35,401 bases of DNA from a virus. Lineage: Duplodnaviria; Caudoviricetes. Below the pieces are notes generated by a model. That model was not told the origin of the DNA, did no database searches, and saw only the letters and a list, made by a program, of their open reading frames with translations. A program made the translations under genes and the position numbers. The stretch spans positions 1 through 35,401 of the IMG/VR virus record IMGVR_UViG_3300012665_000299; one strand, 5' to 3'. Every line of letters starts with the position of its first letter. Position 1 is the stretch's first letter. Below, one piece after another: positions 1-8,018 of the stretch.

Positions 1-1
1 A

Positions 2-3000
2 GAACGCATGCGCATCACCGCTACAGGTGATGTCGGGATTGGCCTAACTGCGCCCGGTGCAAAATTACAGGTGCAAGGTGACACGTTAATTGGTGGAGAT
101 GGCGTCAGTAACTACAACTTCAAACTACAGCGGCTCAACGGCGGTATCAGGGCTGTACAGAATGATTTTGCTGCTGCGACTAACAGCCCGTGGATACTCC
201 ACGGTGAAAATTTAGTGTGGACAGGCGAACGTGCAGGTACTGTCGAGTCAACACAAGCGTATAGGCCGTACTACGAAGCCTATGCTCCGGCTGTCGGCTA
301 CAAAGAGTTTGGGTTTGTAAACGTAACTTCCGGTTCTTTTACAGGTACTAACTTAATACCGTCTCTCGTTATAACTAATACCGGTAACGTCGGGATTGGT
401 CCTACTGCGCCAGCTGGTATCCTAGATGTACGGGCTTCTAATGCTACCTCGATTAACTCGTATCTTCTTAACACCGTTGCATATGGCGCGGGTAATACTG
501 CGGCGGCAATCCTTAACTTAGGTAAAGTCGAGTCTGGCACGGTGCAGGTCATGGGTGCTGTGTATGCCGCGCCTACCGCAGATACGAGCAGCACTTCAGG
601 GTTCCTGTCTCTCTATACCCGAACGTCTTCCGCAATAACCGAGAAGATGCGCATCACCAGTGTAGGTGAGGTATTTGTAGGTAAAACAGCCGCGAGTGTC
701 GGTACGGATGGCGCGCAGTTCATACCCAGTGGTTTCTCCGCGTTTTCCGCTCCGGGCACGACAGCGCTATTCCTTAACCGCAATACTAACGATGGCACTA
801 TTTTGGAGTTTGGTCGGAACGGTGTCTCCGCCGCCACGATGGGTTTGACGTCGTCAGCACTTACCTTTGGTACCGCAGGCTCAGAACGCATGCGTATCAC
901 CAGCACGGGTAACGTCGGTATCGGGACAGCTACCGTTGGTAGTAGGTTGGATATTGTTGGTGGCGCGACCCAACGGAAAATACAGCTCAACGGAAGCACA
1001 TTTGCTGACGTAACCGCAGATTTGTATATCGGACGCACAGGAACGAGCAGCGCGGCACTCGCACAAGCCCCGTCCATTCAGTTTGGCAATGCCACAGACG
1101 CAAGTGGCGTCATACTTCAGGGTTCTGATATCTTCCAGATTTGGACCAATCTTGCCGGTGCTGGTTGGAACGAACGTATGCGTATCACCAGTTTAGGTGA
1201 CGTTCTCATCAACACCACAGCCAGCCTATACGGTTATGCCAGCAACCCAAGCCTTGAGATAAACGGCGCTGCGGCGGCTGTACTAGGGCTTAAAGTAGCG
1301 GGTGCTGCTGGCTCTTACATCCAGCACTCAGGCGATTTAGTGATAGCCAATACTACCGCAAACAACATGCGGTTGTTCACAAACAACACTGAAAAAATGC
1401 GCATCACCAGCGGTGGCGACGTCGGGATCGGCACGAGTGCGCCACTCGCTCCTCTGGCAATCGTTCAGTCCGGCGCAAGCTACGGCGCTCAAGCGACCAA
1501 TAAGGGGACAATACAGATTGCTGCTGGTCCAGCCAGCCTTAATGCTGGTGGTGGCCTTGAATTTCTAACATCGACATTCTCTAATGGCTACGGTTGGAAA
1601 ATATCTTCGATTGATAGCACGGGCGTCCATTTGGTTTTTGGCAACCGGTCAGATAGTGCCACTTGGACAGAACGCATGCGTATCGACAGCAGCGGCAACG
1701 TCGGTATCGGAACAGCAAGCCCCGGCGCAAAGCTAGACGTTTCAGGGAATATACGGCTTTCGGCAGCGTCTCCGAACATCGAGTTCAACAACGGCGGTGG
1801 CATGGTTTACGGCCCCGCCGGAAACACTCTCGCTTTTGCTACGGGCGGTGGTCCGTCTAGTCCTACCGAGCGCATGCGCATCACCAGCGCGGGTTTTGTG
1901 GGCGTTGGTACGAGTTCCCCCGGTTCGCAGTTTGAGAATGTGGGTCAAACCCGGTTAGGCGCGAACGTGTCGGCGGTGGCTCCGTCTGCTACGGATATTT
2001 TGTCCACCGCCCACACAGCTATGAGCGGTAACGGTGGTAACTACCTTACTATAGGTCAGTATCCGAGCGGGCAAGGCTTCGCTCAATGGATACAATCATC
2101 ATTCTCAAACCCTACAACGGCTACATACAACCTTATACTTCAACCTCTTGGCGGCAACGTCGGGATTGGTGTGGCTTCGCCCGGAGCTAGCACTCGGTTG
2201 AACGTTGCTGGCCGTGGATTATTTACCAGTGGCTCTTACGACCCTAGTGATGGAACTGCGTCTGGTGTTAGTATTTCATACGATACCGGTAATAACGTAG
2301 GCATCATCGGGGCTGTTCAGACTGGTGTTAGCGAACGTGAAATGCGGATGCGTGGAAACACGTTGACGTTCTTCACCAACGGTGCGAACGAGCGCATGCG
2401 CATCACCAGCACGGGTGACGTCGGGATCGGCACGAGTTCGCCCGGTGCGCGGCTTGAGCTTAGCAAGGCTTCTGGCGCAGCGGACTTGCGCCTATCTGTA
2501 GCTGGGACGCTTTACGCGAACATCTATGCGTCTGCGAGTGACACAAACCTAATCAGCGTACAGAATTTACCCCTTATTTTCGGGACAAGTAACGCGGAGC
2601 GCATGCGGATAAGCGGCAGTGGGCTTGTTGGTATTGCTACGACCACACCTTCTACCACTCTCGAAGTCAACGGCGGTCTTATCGCTGGATCAGAGAACAG
2701 GCAGACACACCCACCAACTGGCCCTGTCGGCTTTAAGGCGCAGTGGAACTTCACAGGTGGTTTTGGTGAGACAGATTTCTATAACCTCTATAGCTCCGCA
2801 AGTGACAGCTTCCGTTTCTACCAGACGACGGGTAGTGGCACAGCACAGCTTCTGTACGACATCCAACCATCTAACCACCAGTTCTATACTGGCGGCTCTG
2901 AGCGTGTCCGTATAGACAGCAGCGGCAACGTCGGGATTGGTACGAGTTCACCCACATATAGGTTTGAGGTCAAGGGTAACCCCTCATGGTTCCGTAACTT

Positions 3001-3280
3001 CAATGGCACGCCCGCATCCCCGACCGAAGCACAGGACTGGCCTGTAGCAGCCCTTAACATTGCGTCCTTTGGCGACTACAGCTTACAGACTATGTTGGCG
3101 TTTACATTGCCTAATGATGGTAATTACTTCACGGACTTCAGTGTCTGGAACTTCAAACTCGACCAGACCGCAAGCTCGACCACTTCGTCGGGTGTCGCAG
3201 GTATGCTGTTTGGTGGCCCCGGCTATCTGGCGTTCACACCCGGCGGTAGTGAGAAGTTTCGTATTGCTAGCACAGGCGCT
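2..3280 (+). repeat. Dispersed ~45-60 bp repeats encoding the ERMRITSxGNVGIG fibre motif
   Basis: Units start at 2, 641, 884, 1172, 1391, 1670, 1868, 2390, 2597, 2900 and 3251, with partial units near 386 and 2156. Identical blocks: GAGCGCATGCGCATCACCAGC (1868, 2390), GACGTCGGGATCGGCACGAGT (1418, 2417), AACGTCGGGATTGGT (386, 2156, 2927). Confidence 0.9.
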
Positions 3281-3625
3281 ATCACATCCTCCGCACTCGC
3301 TGACGCCGTGGGCTACAAAGGTCTGCCACAGAACAGCCAGACATCCTCATACACGCTTGCGCTCACCGACATGGGTAAGCACATCAGCATCACTACAGGC
3401 GGTGTTGTGATCCCAGCAAACGGCAGTGTGGCATTCCCAATCGGGTCTGCGATATCTATATTCAACAATAGCGGTAGCAACCAGACGATCAGTATCACAA
3501 CCGATACGCTACGATTAGCTGGAACCGCCACTACGGGGTCTCGCACACTGGCCCAGTATGGTGTCGCTACATGCCTTAAAGTAACCTCAACAGTGTGGGT
3601 AATCTCAGGCGCAGGAGTAACATAA
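2..3625 (+). CDS. Long modular tail fibre protein (5'-truncated by window edge)
   Basis: Frame is open from base 2 (GAA CGC ATG = ERM). About 13 repeats of (E-R/K-M-R-I)-x-S-x-G-N/D-V-G-I-G are separated by variable Gly/Ser/Thr-rich modules. The C-terminal ~100-aa domain ending ISGAGVT is homologous to that of 8019..10325. Confidence 0.85.
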   Translation, partial: ERMRITATGDVGIGLTAPGAKLQVQGDTLIGGDGVSNYNFKLQRLNGGIRAVQNDFAAATNSPWILHGENLVWTGERAGTVESTQAYRPYYEAYAPAVGYKEFGFVNVTSGSFTGTNLIPSLVITNTGNVGIGPTAPAGILDVRASNATSINSYLLNTVAYGAGNTAAAILNLGKVESGTVQVMGAVYAAPTADTSSTSGFLSLYTRTSSAITEKMRITSVGEVFVGKTAASVGTDGAQFIPSGFSAFSAPGTTALFLNRNTNDGTILEFGRNGVSAATMGLTSSALTFGTAGSERMRITSTGNVGIGTATVGSRLDIVGGATQRKIQLNGSTFADVTADLYIGRTGTSSAALAQAPSIQFGNATDASGVILQGSDIFQIWTNLAGAGWNERMRITSLGDVLINTTASLYGYASNPSLEINGAAAAVLGLKVAGAAGSYIQHSGDLVIANTTANNMRLFTNNTEKMRITSGGDVGIGTSAPLAPLAIVQSGASYGAQATNKGTIQIAAGPASLNAGGGLEFLTSTFSNGYGWKISSIDSTGVHLVFGNRSDSATWTERMRIDSSGNVGIGTASPGAKLDVSGNIRLSAASPNIEFNNGGGMVYGPAGNTLAFATGGGPSSPTERMRITSAGFVGVGTSSPGSQFENVGQTRLGANVSAVAPSATDILSTAHTAMSGNGGNYLTIGQYPSGQGFAQWIQSSFSNPTTATYNLILQPLGGNVGIGVASPGASTRLNVAGRGLFTSGSYDPSDGTASGVSISYDTGNNVGIIGAVQTGVSEREMRMRGNTLTFFTNGANERMRITSTGDVGIGTSSPGARLELSKASGAADLRLSVAGTLYANIYASASDTNLISVQNLPLIFGTSNAERMRISGSGLVGIATTTPSTTLEVNGGLIAGSENRQTHPPTGPVGFKAQWNFTGGFGETDFYNLYSSASDSFRFYQTTGSGTAQLLYDIQPSNHQFYTGGSERVRIDSSGNVGIGTSSPTYRFEVKGNPSWFRNFNGTPASPTEAQDWPVAALNIASFGDYSLQTMLAFTLPNDGNYFTDFSVWNFKLDQTASSTTSSGVAGMLFGGPGYLAFTPGGSEKFRIASTGAITSSALADAVGYKGLPQNSQTSSYTLALTDMGKHISITTGGVVIPANGSVAFPIGSAISIFNNSGSNQTISITTDTLRLAGTATTGSRTLAQYGVATCLKVTSTVWVISGAGVT

Positions 3626-3954
3626 TGCCAATCACAAACACATGGAACGTAGTTCAGATGGATGCCTATCCAGAAGAAGACGGCGAAACCGATGTAGTCT
3701 TCAATGTCCACTGGACGTTGACCGGCACGGACGGAACATACGCAGGTGGCGTATATGGGACGCAAGGCGTTACCGTTGACCCTGCTGAACCATTCACCCC
3801 TTACGAAGACTTGACGTTGGCGCAGGTAGTCGGCTGGGTACAAGACGCTATGGGTGCTGAACAAGTAGCAGCCTACGAAGCAAACGTAGCTCAGCAGATT
3901 GCTGACCAGATTGATCCACCCGTGGTAACACCACCACTACCTTGGAGCGCATAA
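3625..3954 (+). CDS. Fibre-associated protein, possible tail-fibre assembly chaperone (MPITNTW...LPWSA)
   Basis: Start re-assigned to the TAATG overlap at 3623-3627, with AGGAG upstream. Acidic 109-aa protein ending LPW, a type commonly seen after phage fibre genes. Function is inferred from position. Confidence 0.6.
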   Translation: MPITNTWNVVQMDAYPEEDGETDVVFNVHWTLTGTDGTYAGGVYGTQGVTVDPAEPFTPYEDLTLAQVVGWVQDAMGAEQVAAYEANVAQQIADQIDPPVVTPPLPWSA

Positions 3955-4115
3955 TGGAACTCAACCTTACACTTAACATCGAAGAAGTTAACGCCGTCCT
4001 CCAGACGCTTGGCAATCTGCCGACGTCTTCCGGTGCATTCCCTCTTCTTATGAAAATCAAGCAGCAGGCTGAAGCGCAAGTACCAGCACAAGAAGCTGCG
4101 GTCGAGCAGGACTAA
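3954..4115 (+). CDS. Small hypothetical protein, 53 aa (MELNLTLNIEEVNAVLQTLGNLPTSSGAFPLLMKIKQQAEAQVPAQEAAVEQD), absent from the ORF track
   Basis: TAATG stop/start overlap at 3952-3956, GGAG upstream, stop TAA at 4113-4115. It fills the gap between neighbouring genes. Confidence 0.75.
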   Translation: MELNLTLNIEEVNAVLQTLGNLPTSSGAFPLLMKIKQQAEAQVPAQEAAVEQD

Positions 4116-4118
4116 ACC

Positions 4119-4301
4119 GTGCGGGTAGCTAGTCTACTATTGGTCTTGGTAGTCCTCACAGGTTGCCAAGACCGCTTCCGTTATGATTGCCAAGACCCAG
4201 ATAACTGGAATGTCGAAGAGTGCAAAAAGCCTAAGTGCGTGGCGTCTGGGTACTGCACGGAGTACCTGATAACAACGGACGAAGAGCATGAAGCCCACTA
4301 G
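4119..4301 (+). CDS. Small Cys-rich lipoprotein
   Basis: Basic N-terminus, hydrophobic stretch and lipobox LTGC; four more Cys in the mature part; AGGA upstream of the GTG start. Confidence 0.75.
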   Translation: MRVASLLLVLVVLTGCQDRFRYDCQDPDNWNVEECKKPKCVASGYCTEYLITTDEEHEAH

Positions 4302-4575
4302 GGAATGGTCGCCGGAAGAACTCCTACGCTTCATCGTCGGCGTTGTGCTGTCCTTGACGTTGACGTTCATCGTGGCGACTGTTCTGTATTCGCTCGTATT
4401 CGTGTCGCAGCCGATGGATGGGCAGGCACCAAATGACGCAGAGTTTTTTAAGCTGATTAACCCGATTGCGACATTTATCGTTGGGGCACTAGCAGGACTT
4501 ATGGCTGGACAGGGTAGCGGTGAGATGCCGTCCAAGAAACTGAAAGAAGGAGAAGAAGATGAGCTTCCTGAATAG
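4288..4575 (+). CDS. Two-TM membrane protein, holin/antiholin candidate
   Basis: Two hydrophobic segments (FIVGVVLSLTLTFIVATVLYSLVFV; PIATFIVGALAGLMAG) and a charged C-tail; lies upstream of the endolysin. Confidence 0.55.
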   Translation: MKPTREWSPEELLRFIVGVVLSLTLTFIVATVLYSLVFVSQPMDGQAPNDAEFFKLINPIATFIVGALAGLMAGQGSGEMPSKKLKEGEEDELPE

Positions 4576-5059
4576 TTTTGAAAGTAAGAAGGATGGGATC
4601 GAAGATACCGTTGAGTTCACCATCCGCACTGCTGTTGTGACGTTAGCTTGCGTTGTGCTTGTCGTCGTAGCTGCTTTGGTCATCGGTCTGTTTGCGCCTA
4701 ATAACGTAGTAGACAGCGACAAGGTGTTCGAGATCGTCGGCCCTGCCTTTAACATGGTGATTGGCGCATTCGTCGGCTTGCTTGGTGGTCTAAGCCTTAA
4801 CGCTAATGCACGGAATAAAGAACCGGAGCCTGCGCCAGAGCCAGAAGCGCCGCTCGAACTAACACCAGAAATGCAAGCTGCACCACCTAAGCCATACGAC
4901 GATCCGCAGGGCACCGTGTTTATCGACACACCTGAAGAGGACGATGATGACGACATGGAGCCGTGGGAGAAGTACCGCAACGACCTGCGCTATGACGCAA
5001 ACGGCGACGGCGTGGTTGACGAGAATGACTTTCCTGATTGGCGGAGTGCTGGCAAATGA
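4559..5059 (+). CDS. Two-TM holin-like protein with Pro/acidic tail and EF-hand-like DxNxDG motif
   Basis: Two TM segments, a PEPAPEP linker, EEDDDDD and DANGDGVVDENDF; ATGA overlap with the endolysin gene. Confidence 0.55.
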   Translation: MSFLNSFESKKDGIEDTVEFTIRTAVVTLACVVLVVVAALVIGLFAPNNVVDSDKVFEIVGPAFNMVIGAFVGLLGGLSLNANARNKEPEPAPEPEAPLELTPEMQAAPPKPYDDPQGTVFIDTPEEDDDDDMEPWEKYRNDLRYDANGDGVVDENDFPDWRSAGK

Positions 5060-5667
5060 GCATGATTGAACTTCAGAAAAAGATTGGGGTAGCCGCTGAT
5101 GGCGCGTTTGGTCCGGGTACATTTAAGACGGCTGCGGCTTTTTATAAGCTATCACCTGATCGGGCTGCACATTTCTTTGCTCAAACGGCGCACGAAAGCG
5201 GTGGCTTCAAGGCGTTCTCGGAGAATTTAAATTATGGCGCAAAAGGTCTACGCGGTATTTTCGGTAAGTACTTCCCTACTGATGCAATGGCTAAAGCGTA
5301 TGAACGCCAGCCAAAAAAGATTGCTAATCGGGTATATGCAAACCGCATGGGTAATGGTGATGAAGCGTCTGGGGATGGTTGGAAGTTCCGTGGACGTGGC
5401 GCTCTCCAACTTACTGGCAAAGCAAATTACCAAGCTTTCGCAACCTACATCGGACGACCCGAAGTAATGGATAACCCAGACCTTGTGGCTGGCGAACTCT
5501 GTTTTGAGAGCGCACTGTGGTTCTTCGACCGCAATAAGCTATGGGGTATCTGCGACCAAGGTACAGGCGATGCTGCAATCCTCGCGCTGACAAAACGGAT
5601 CAACGGTGGTACACATGGCCTTGACGACCGCAAAGCCAAGACAAGGAAGTATGCGACATGGTTATGA
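5056..5667 (+). CDS. Endolysin, glycoside hydrolase family 19, with short N-terminal peptidoglycan-binding-like segment
   Basis: GH19 phage-lysin motifs AHFFAQTAHESGGF, ENLNY, GDGWKFRGRGALQLTGKANY and TKRINGG; N-terminal LQKKIGVAADGAFGPGT. Start re-assigned to the ATGA overlap at 5056 (GGAG at 5043). Confidence 0.92.
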   Translation: MSMIELQKKIGVAADGAFGPGTFKTAAAFYKLSPDRAAHFFAQTAHESGGFKAFSENLNYGAKGLRGIFGKYFPTDAMAKAYERQPKKIANRVYANRMGNGDEASGDGWKFRGRGALQLTGKANYQAFATYIGRPEVMDNPDLVAGELCFESALWFFDRNKLWGICDQGTGDAAILALTKRINGGTHGLDDRKAKTRKYATWL

Positions 5668-6059
5668 TGCCTAACCCAGTAATGCTTTATGCGCTGGGCG
5701 GTGCGCTTATTATCGGTGTAGCCTCTGGCTACAAAGTCCGTGATTGGCAGTGCGATGCAGCATATGCAAAGGCGCTAGAGAAGGCTGAGAAGCTACGGGT
5801 TAAAAAGCAAGAGGTAGTAGATAATGTTTCGCAAACCTATGAAGCCGAACGAGATCAGGCCAATGTCGTGGCAACCGAACGAACCAACACCATTCGTGAA
5901 ATATACAAAACGACTCCTGCCGTTCCTGTTGATTGTGCTGCTCCTGATGCTCTGCGCAGGCTGCTCGAAAGCAGTGTCCGTGACGCCAATGCCGCTGCCA
6001 CCGGCAAACCTAACATCGAAGTGTCCAACACTTCAGAACCCACCACTGGAGATGATTGA
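5658..6059 (+). CDS. i-spanin (Rz-like)
   Basis: N-terminal TM helix, coiled-coil periplasmic region, C-terminal Cys; directly after the endolysin; overlaps a lipoprotein gene in the +1 frame. Start could alternatively be 5664. Confidence 0.8.
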   Translation: MVMMPNPVMLYALGGALIIGVASGYKVRDWQCDAAYAKALEKAEKLRVKKQEVVDNVSQTYEAERDQANVVATERTNTIREIYKTTPAVPVDCAAPDALRRLLESSVRDANAAATGKPNIEVSNTSEPTTGDD

Positions 6060-6168
6060 CCCTGAGCGCGCACTCTGGGAAGCTGATATCATTGCAAAAT
6101 ACACGGATTGTAGTGTAAAACATCGCTTGACGGTTAAGGCATGGATCGATGCGATAACTGTAGAATAA
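5896..6168 (+). CDS. o-spanin (Rz1-like lipoprotein), overlapped architecture
   Basis: GTG at 5896 gives (M)KYTKRLLPFLLIVLLLMLCAG-C, a signal peptide with lipobox. The mature part is Pro-rich with two further Cys. Starts inside the i-spanin gene in the +1 frame. Confidence 0.8.
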   Translation: MKYTKRLLPFLLIVLLLMLCAGCSKAVSVTPMPLPPANLTSKCPTLQNPPLEMIDPERALWEADIIAKYTDCSVKHRLTVKAWIDAITVE

Positions 6169-6194
6169 CCTAACCGGAAGAGGGGGGCTTACAC

Positions 6195-8009
6195 ATGTTT
6201 GGTTTTACCCCCTTTGCGACTACACCCTTTGCCGCGATTGTATCTAATTCGTCCGTAGCGGTTACCGGTGTCTCAGCTACTGGTTCAGTCGGCACCGTTA
6301 CAGTTGTTGCCAAAGCCAACGTAGCACTCACAGGTGTTACCGGCGCTACCGCTGTCGGGGACACAACCGAAACCGGCAAAGCCAACGTAACGCTTACAGG
6401 CGTCTCTGCTTCTGGCGTTGTGGGTACAGCCACAGTTGCTGCCAAAGCTAACACCACACTTACCGGTGTTTCGGCCACTGGGTCTATTGGCACGGCTACC
6501 GTAGCTGCTAAAGCTAACACCACGCTTACTGGTGTATCGGCCACTGGCTCAATCGGCACAGCTACTGTAGCTGCCAAGGCTAACACCACTCTCACAGGCG
6601 TCTCTGCTACTGGGTCTATCGGCGACACAACTGAGACTGGCAAAGCTAACGTAACACTCACGGGCGTCTCAGCCACTGGGTCTATCGGCACAGCTACGGT
6701 ATCTGCTAAATCCAGCACGGCGGTTACAGGCGTCTCGGCCACGATATCCATCGGGGTAGAAACAGTCGTTGCCAAAGCCAACGTATTTCTAACTGGGGTA
6801 ACAGGCGCAGCTGCCGTCGGTACAGTTACCGCTGGGACGGTCACCCCCGTAATTGTCACCGGAGTATCGGCATCTGGGTCCATCGGCGTCGTCATGGTCG
6901 TCGGTCGGCAGAATACTAACGTCAATGGTGTAGTAGCTTCCGCCGCTGTCGGTACAGTCACTGTATCTGCCAAGTCTAACTTCGCTGTAACTGGTGTCTC
7001 GGCTACTGGGTCTATTGGTACAGTTACCGTAGCTGCCAAGGCTAACACTACGCTTACGGGGGTAACAGGCGCTGCTGCAATCGGCACGGCCACTGTATCT
7101 GCTAAATCTAACTTCTCCGTAACCGGCGTATCAGCGACCGGGTCTATCGGTACAGCTACGGTATCCGCCAAGGCTAACACTACGCTTACTGGTGTCTCGG
7201 CTACTGGGGCTATCGGCACGGCTACTGTAGCTGCTAAAGCTAACACAACACTTACCGGCGTTTCGGCTACTGGGGCTATCGGGGATACAACCGAGACCGG
7301 CAAAGCCAACGTAACTCCTACAGGCGTCTCGGCTACTGGAGCTATTGGTACAGTCACGACATCCAGCAAAGCCAACGTAACTCTCACGGGCGTTTCGGCT
7401 TCTGGGGTTATAGGCACTGCTACCGTATCCGGCAAAGCTAACTTCTCTGTAACCGGTGTTTCAGCCACTGGGGCTATCGGCACAGCTACCGTATCTGCCC
7501 GAGCCAACGTAGTTCCGGCTGGGGTCACAGGTGCGTCGGCCCTTGGTACGGCTACTGTAGAGGCTAAAGCTAACACCACCCTCACAGGTGTTTCGGCTAC
7601 CGGAGTTATTGGAACGGCCACAGTTGCTGCCAAGGGTAGCGTAATATTAACGGGCGTCTCTGCTTCTGGAGCCATAGGCACTGTAGCTGTTTCACTACCT
7701 AAGGTTGTGCTTGCCACTGGTGTTTCGGCCACTGGATTTATAGGTACTACTAGCGTAAGACTTGGCGCTACGGTATTCCCCACCGGAGTTTCAGCTACTG
7801 GTATTGTCGGTTATGCACTTGTCTGGGGCGAGATTAATGATAACCAGACAGCTAATTGGCAAGATGTAAATGACTCGCAAAGTGTAACTTGGTCTGCTAT
7901 AAATGATACTCAGACACCTAGCTGGCAGGCAGTTGATGACGCCCAAGCAGTAACATGGGTACAGGTTAACGATGGAAATACTGTAGTCTGGACTCAGATA
8001 CCGACGTAA
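6195..8009 (+). CDS. Repetitive fibre-like structural protein (22-aa tandem repeats, C-terminal 11-aa Trp repeats)
   Basis: About 24 units of KANTTLTGVSATGAIGTATVAA; C-terminal Trp every 11 residues (six times); purine-rich RBS GAGGGGGG upstream. Confidence 0.75.
   Translation: MFGFTPFATTPFAAIVSNSSVAVTGVSATGSVGTVTVVAKANVALTGVTGATAVGDTTETGKANVTLTGVSASGVVGTATVAAKANTTLTGVSATGSIGTATVAAKANTTLTGVSATGSIGTATVAAKANTTLTGVSATGSIGDTTETGKANVTLTGVSATGSIGTATVSAKSSTAVTGVSATISIGVETVVAKANVFLTGVTGAAAVGTVTAGTVTPVIVTGVSASGSIGVVMVVGRQNTNVNGVVASAAVGTVTVSAKSNFAVTGVSATGSIGTVTVAAKANTTLTGVTGAAAIGTATVSAKSNFSVTGVSATGSIGTATVSAKANTTLTGVSATGAIGTATVAAKANTTLTGVSATGAIGDTTETGKANVTPTGVSATGAIGTVTTSSKANVTLTGVSASGVIGTATVSGKANFSVTGVSATGAIGTATVSARANVVPAGVTGASALGTATVEAKANTTLTGVSATGVIGTATVAAKGSVILTGVSASGAIGTVAVSLPKVVLATGVSATGFIGTTSVRLGATVFPTGVSATGIVGYALVWGEINDNQTANWQDVNDSQSVTWSAINDTQTPSWQAVDDAQAVTWVQVNDGNTVVWTQIPT
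6250..7815 (+). repeat. Degenerate 66-bp tandem repeat array
   Basis: Recurrent gcYaaRgctaacacYacNctYacNggYgtNtcNgcYactgg with 66-nt period. Confidence 0.9.
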
Positions 8010-8018
8010 GGAACGAAG

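Noticed and set aside
6170-7783. 537-aa antisense ORF
   Set aside because: Mirror of the 66-bp repeat gene: its codon usage rarely produces antisense stops in this frame. No RBS or operon context.
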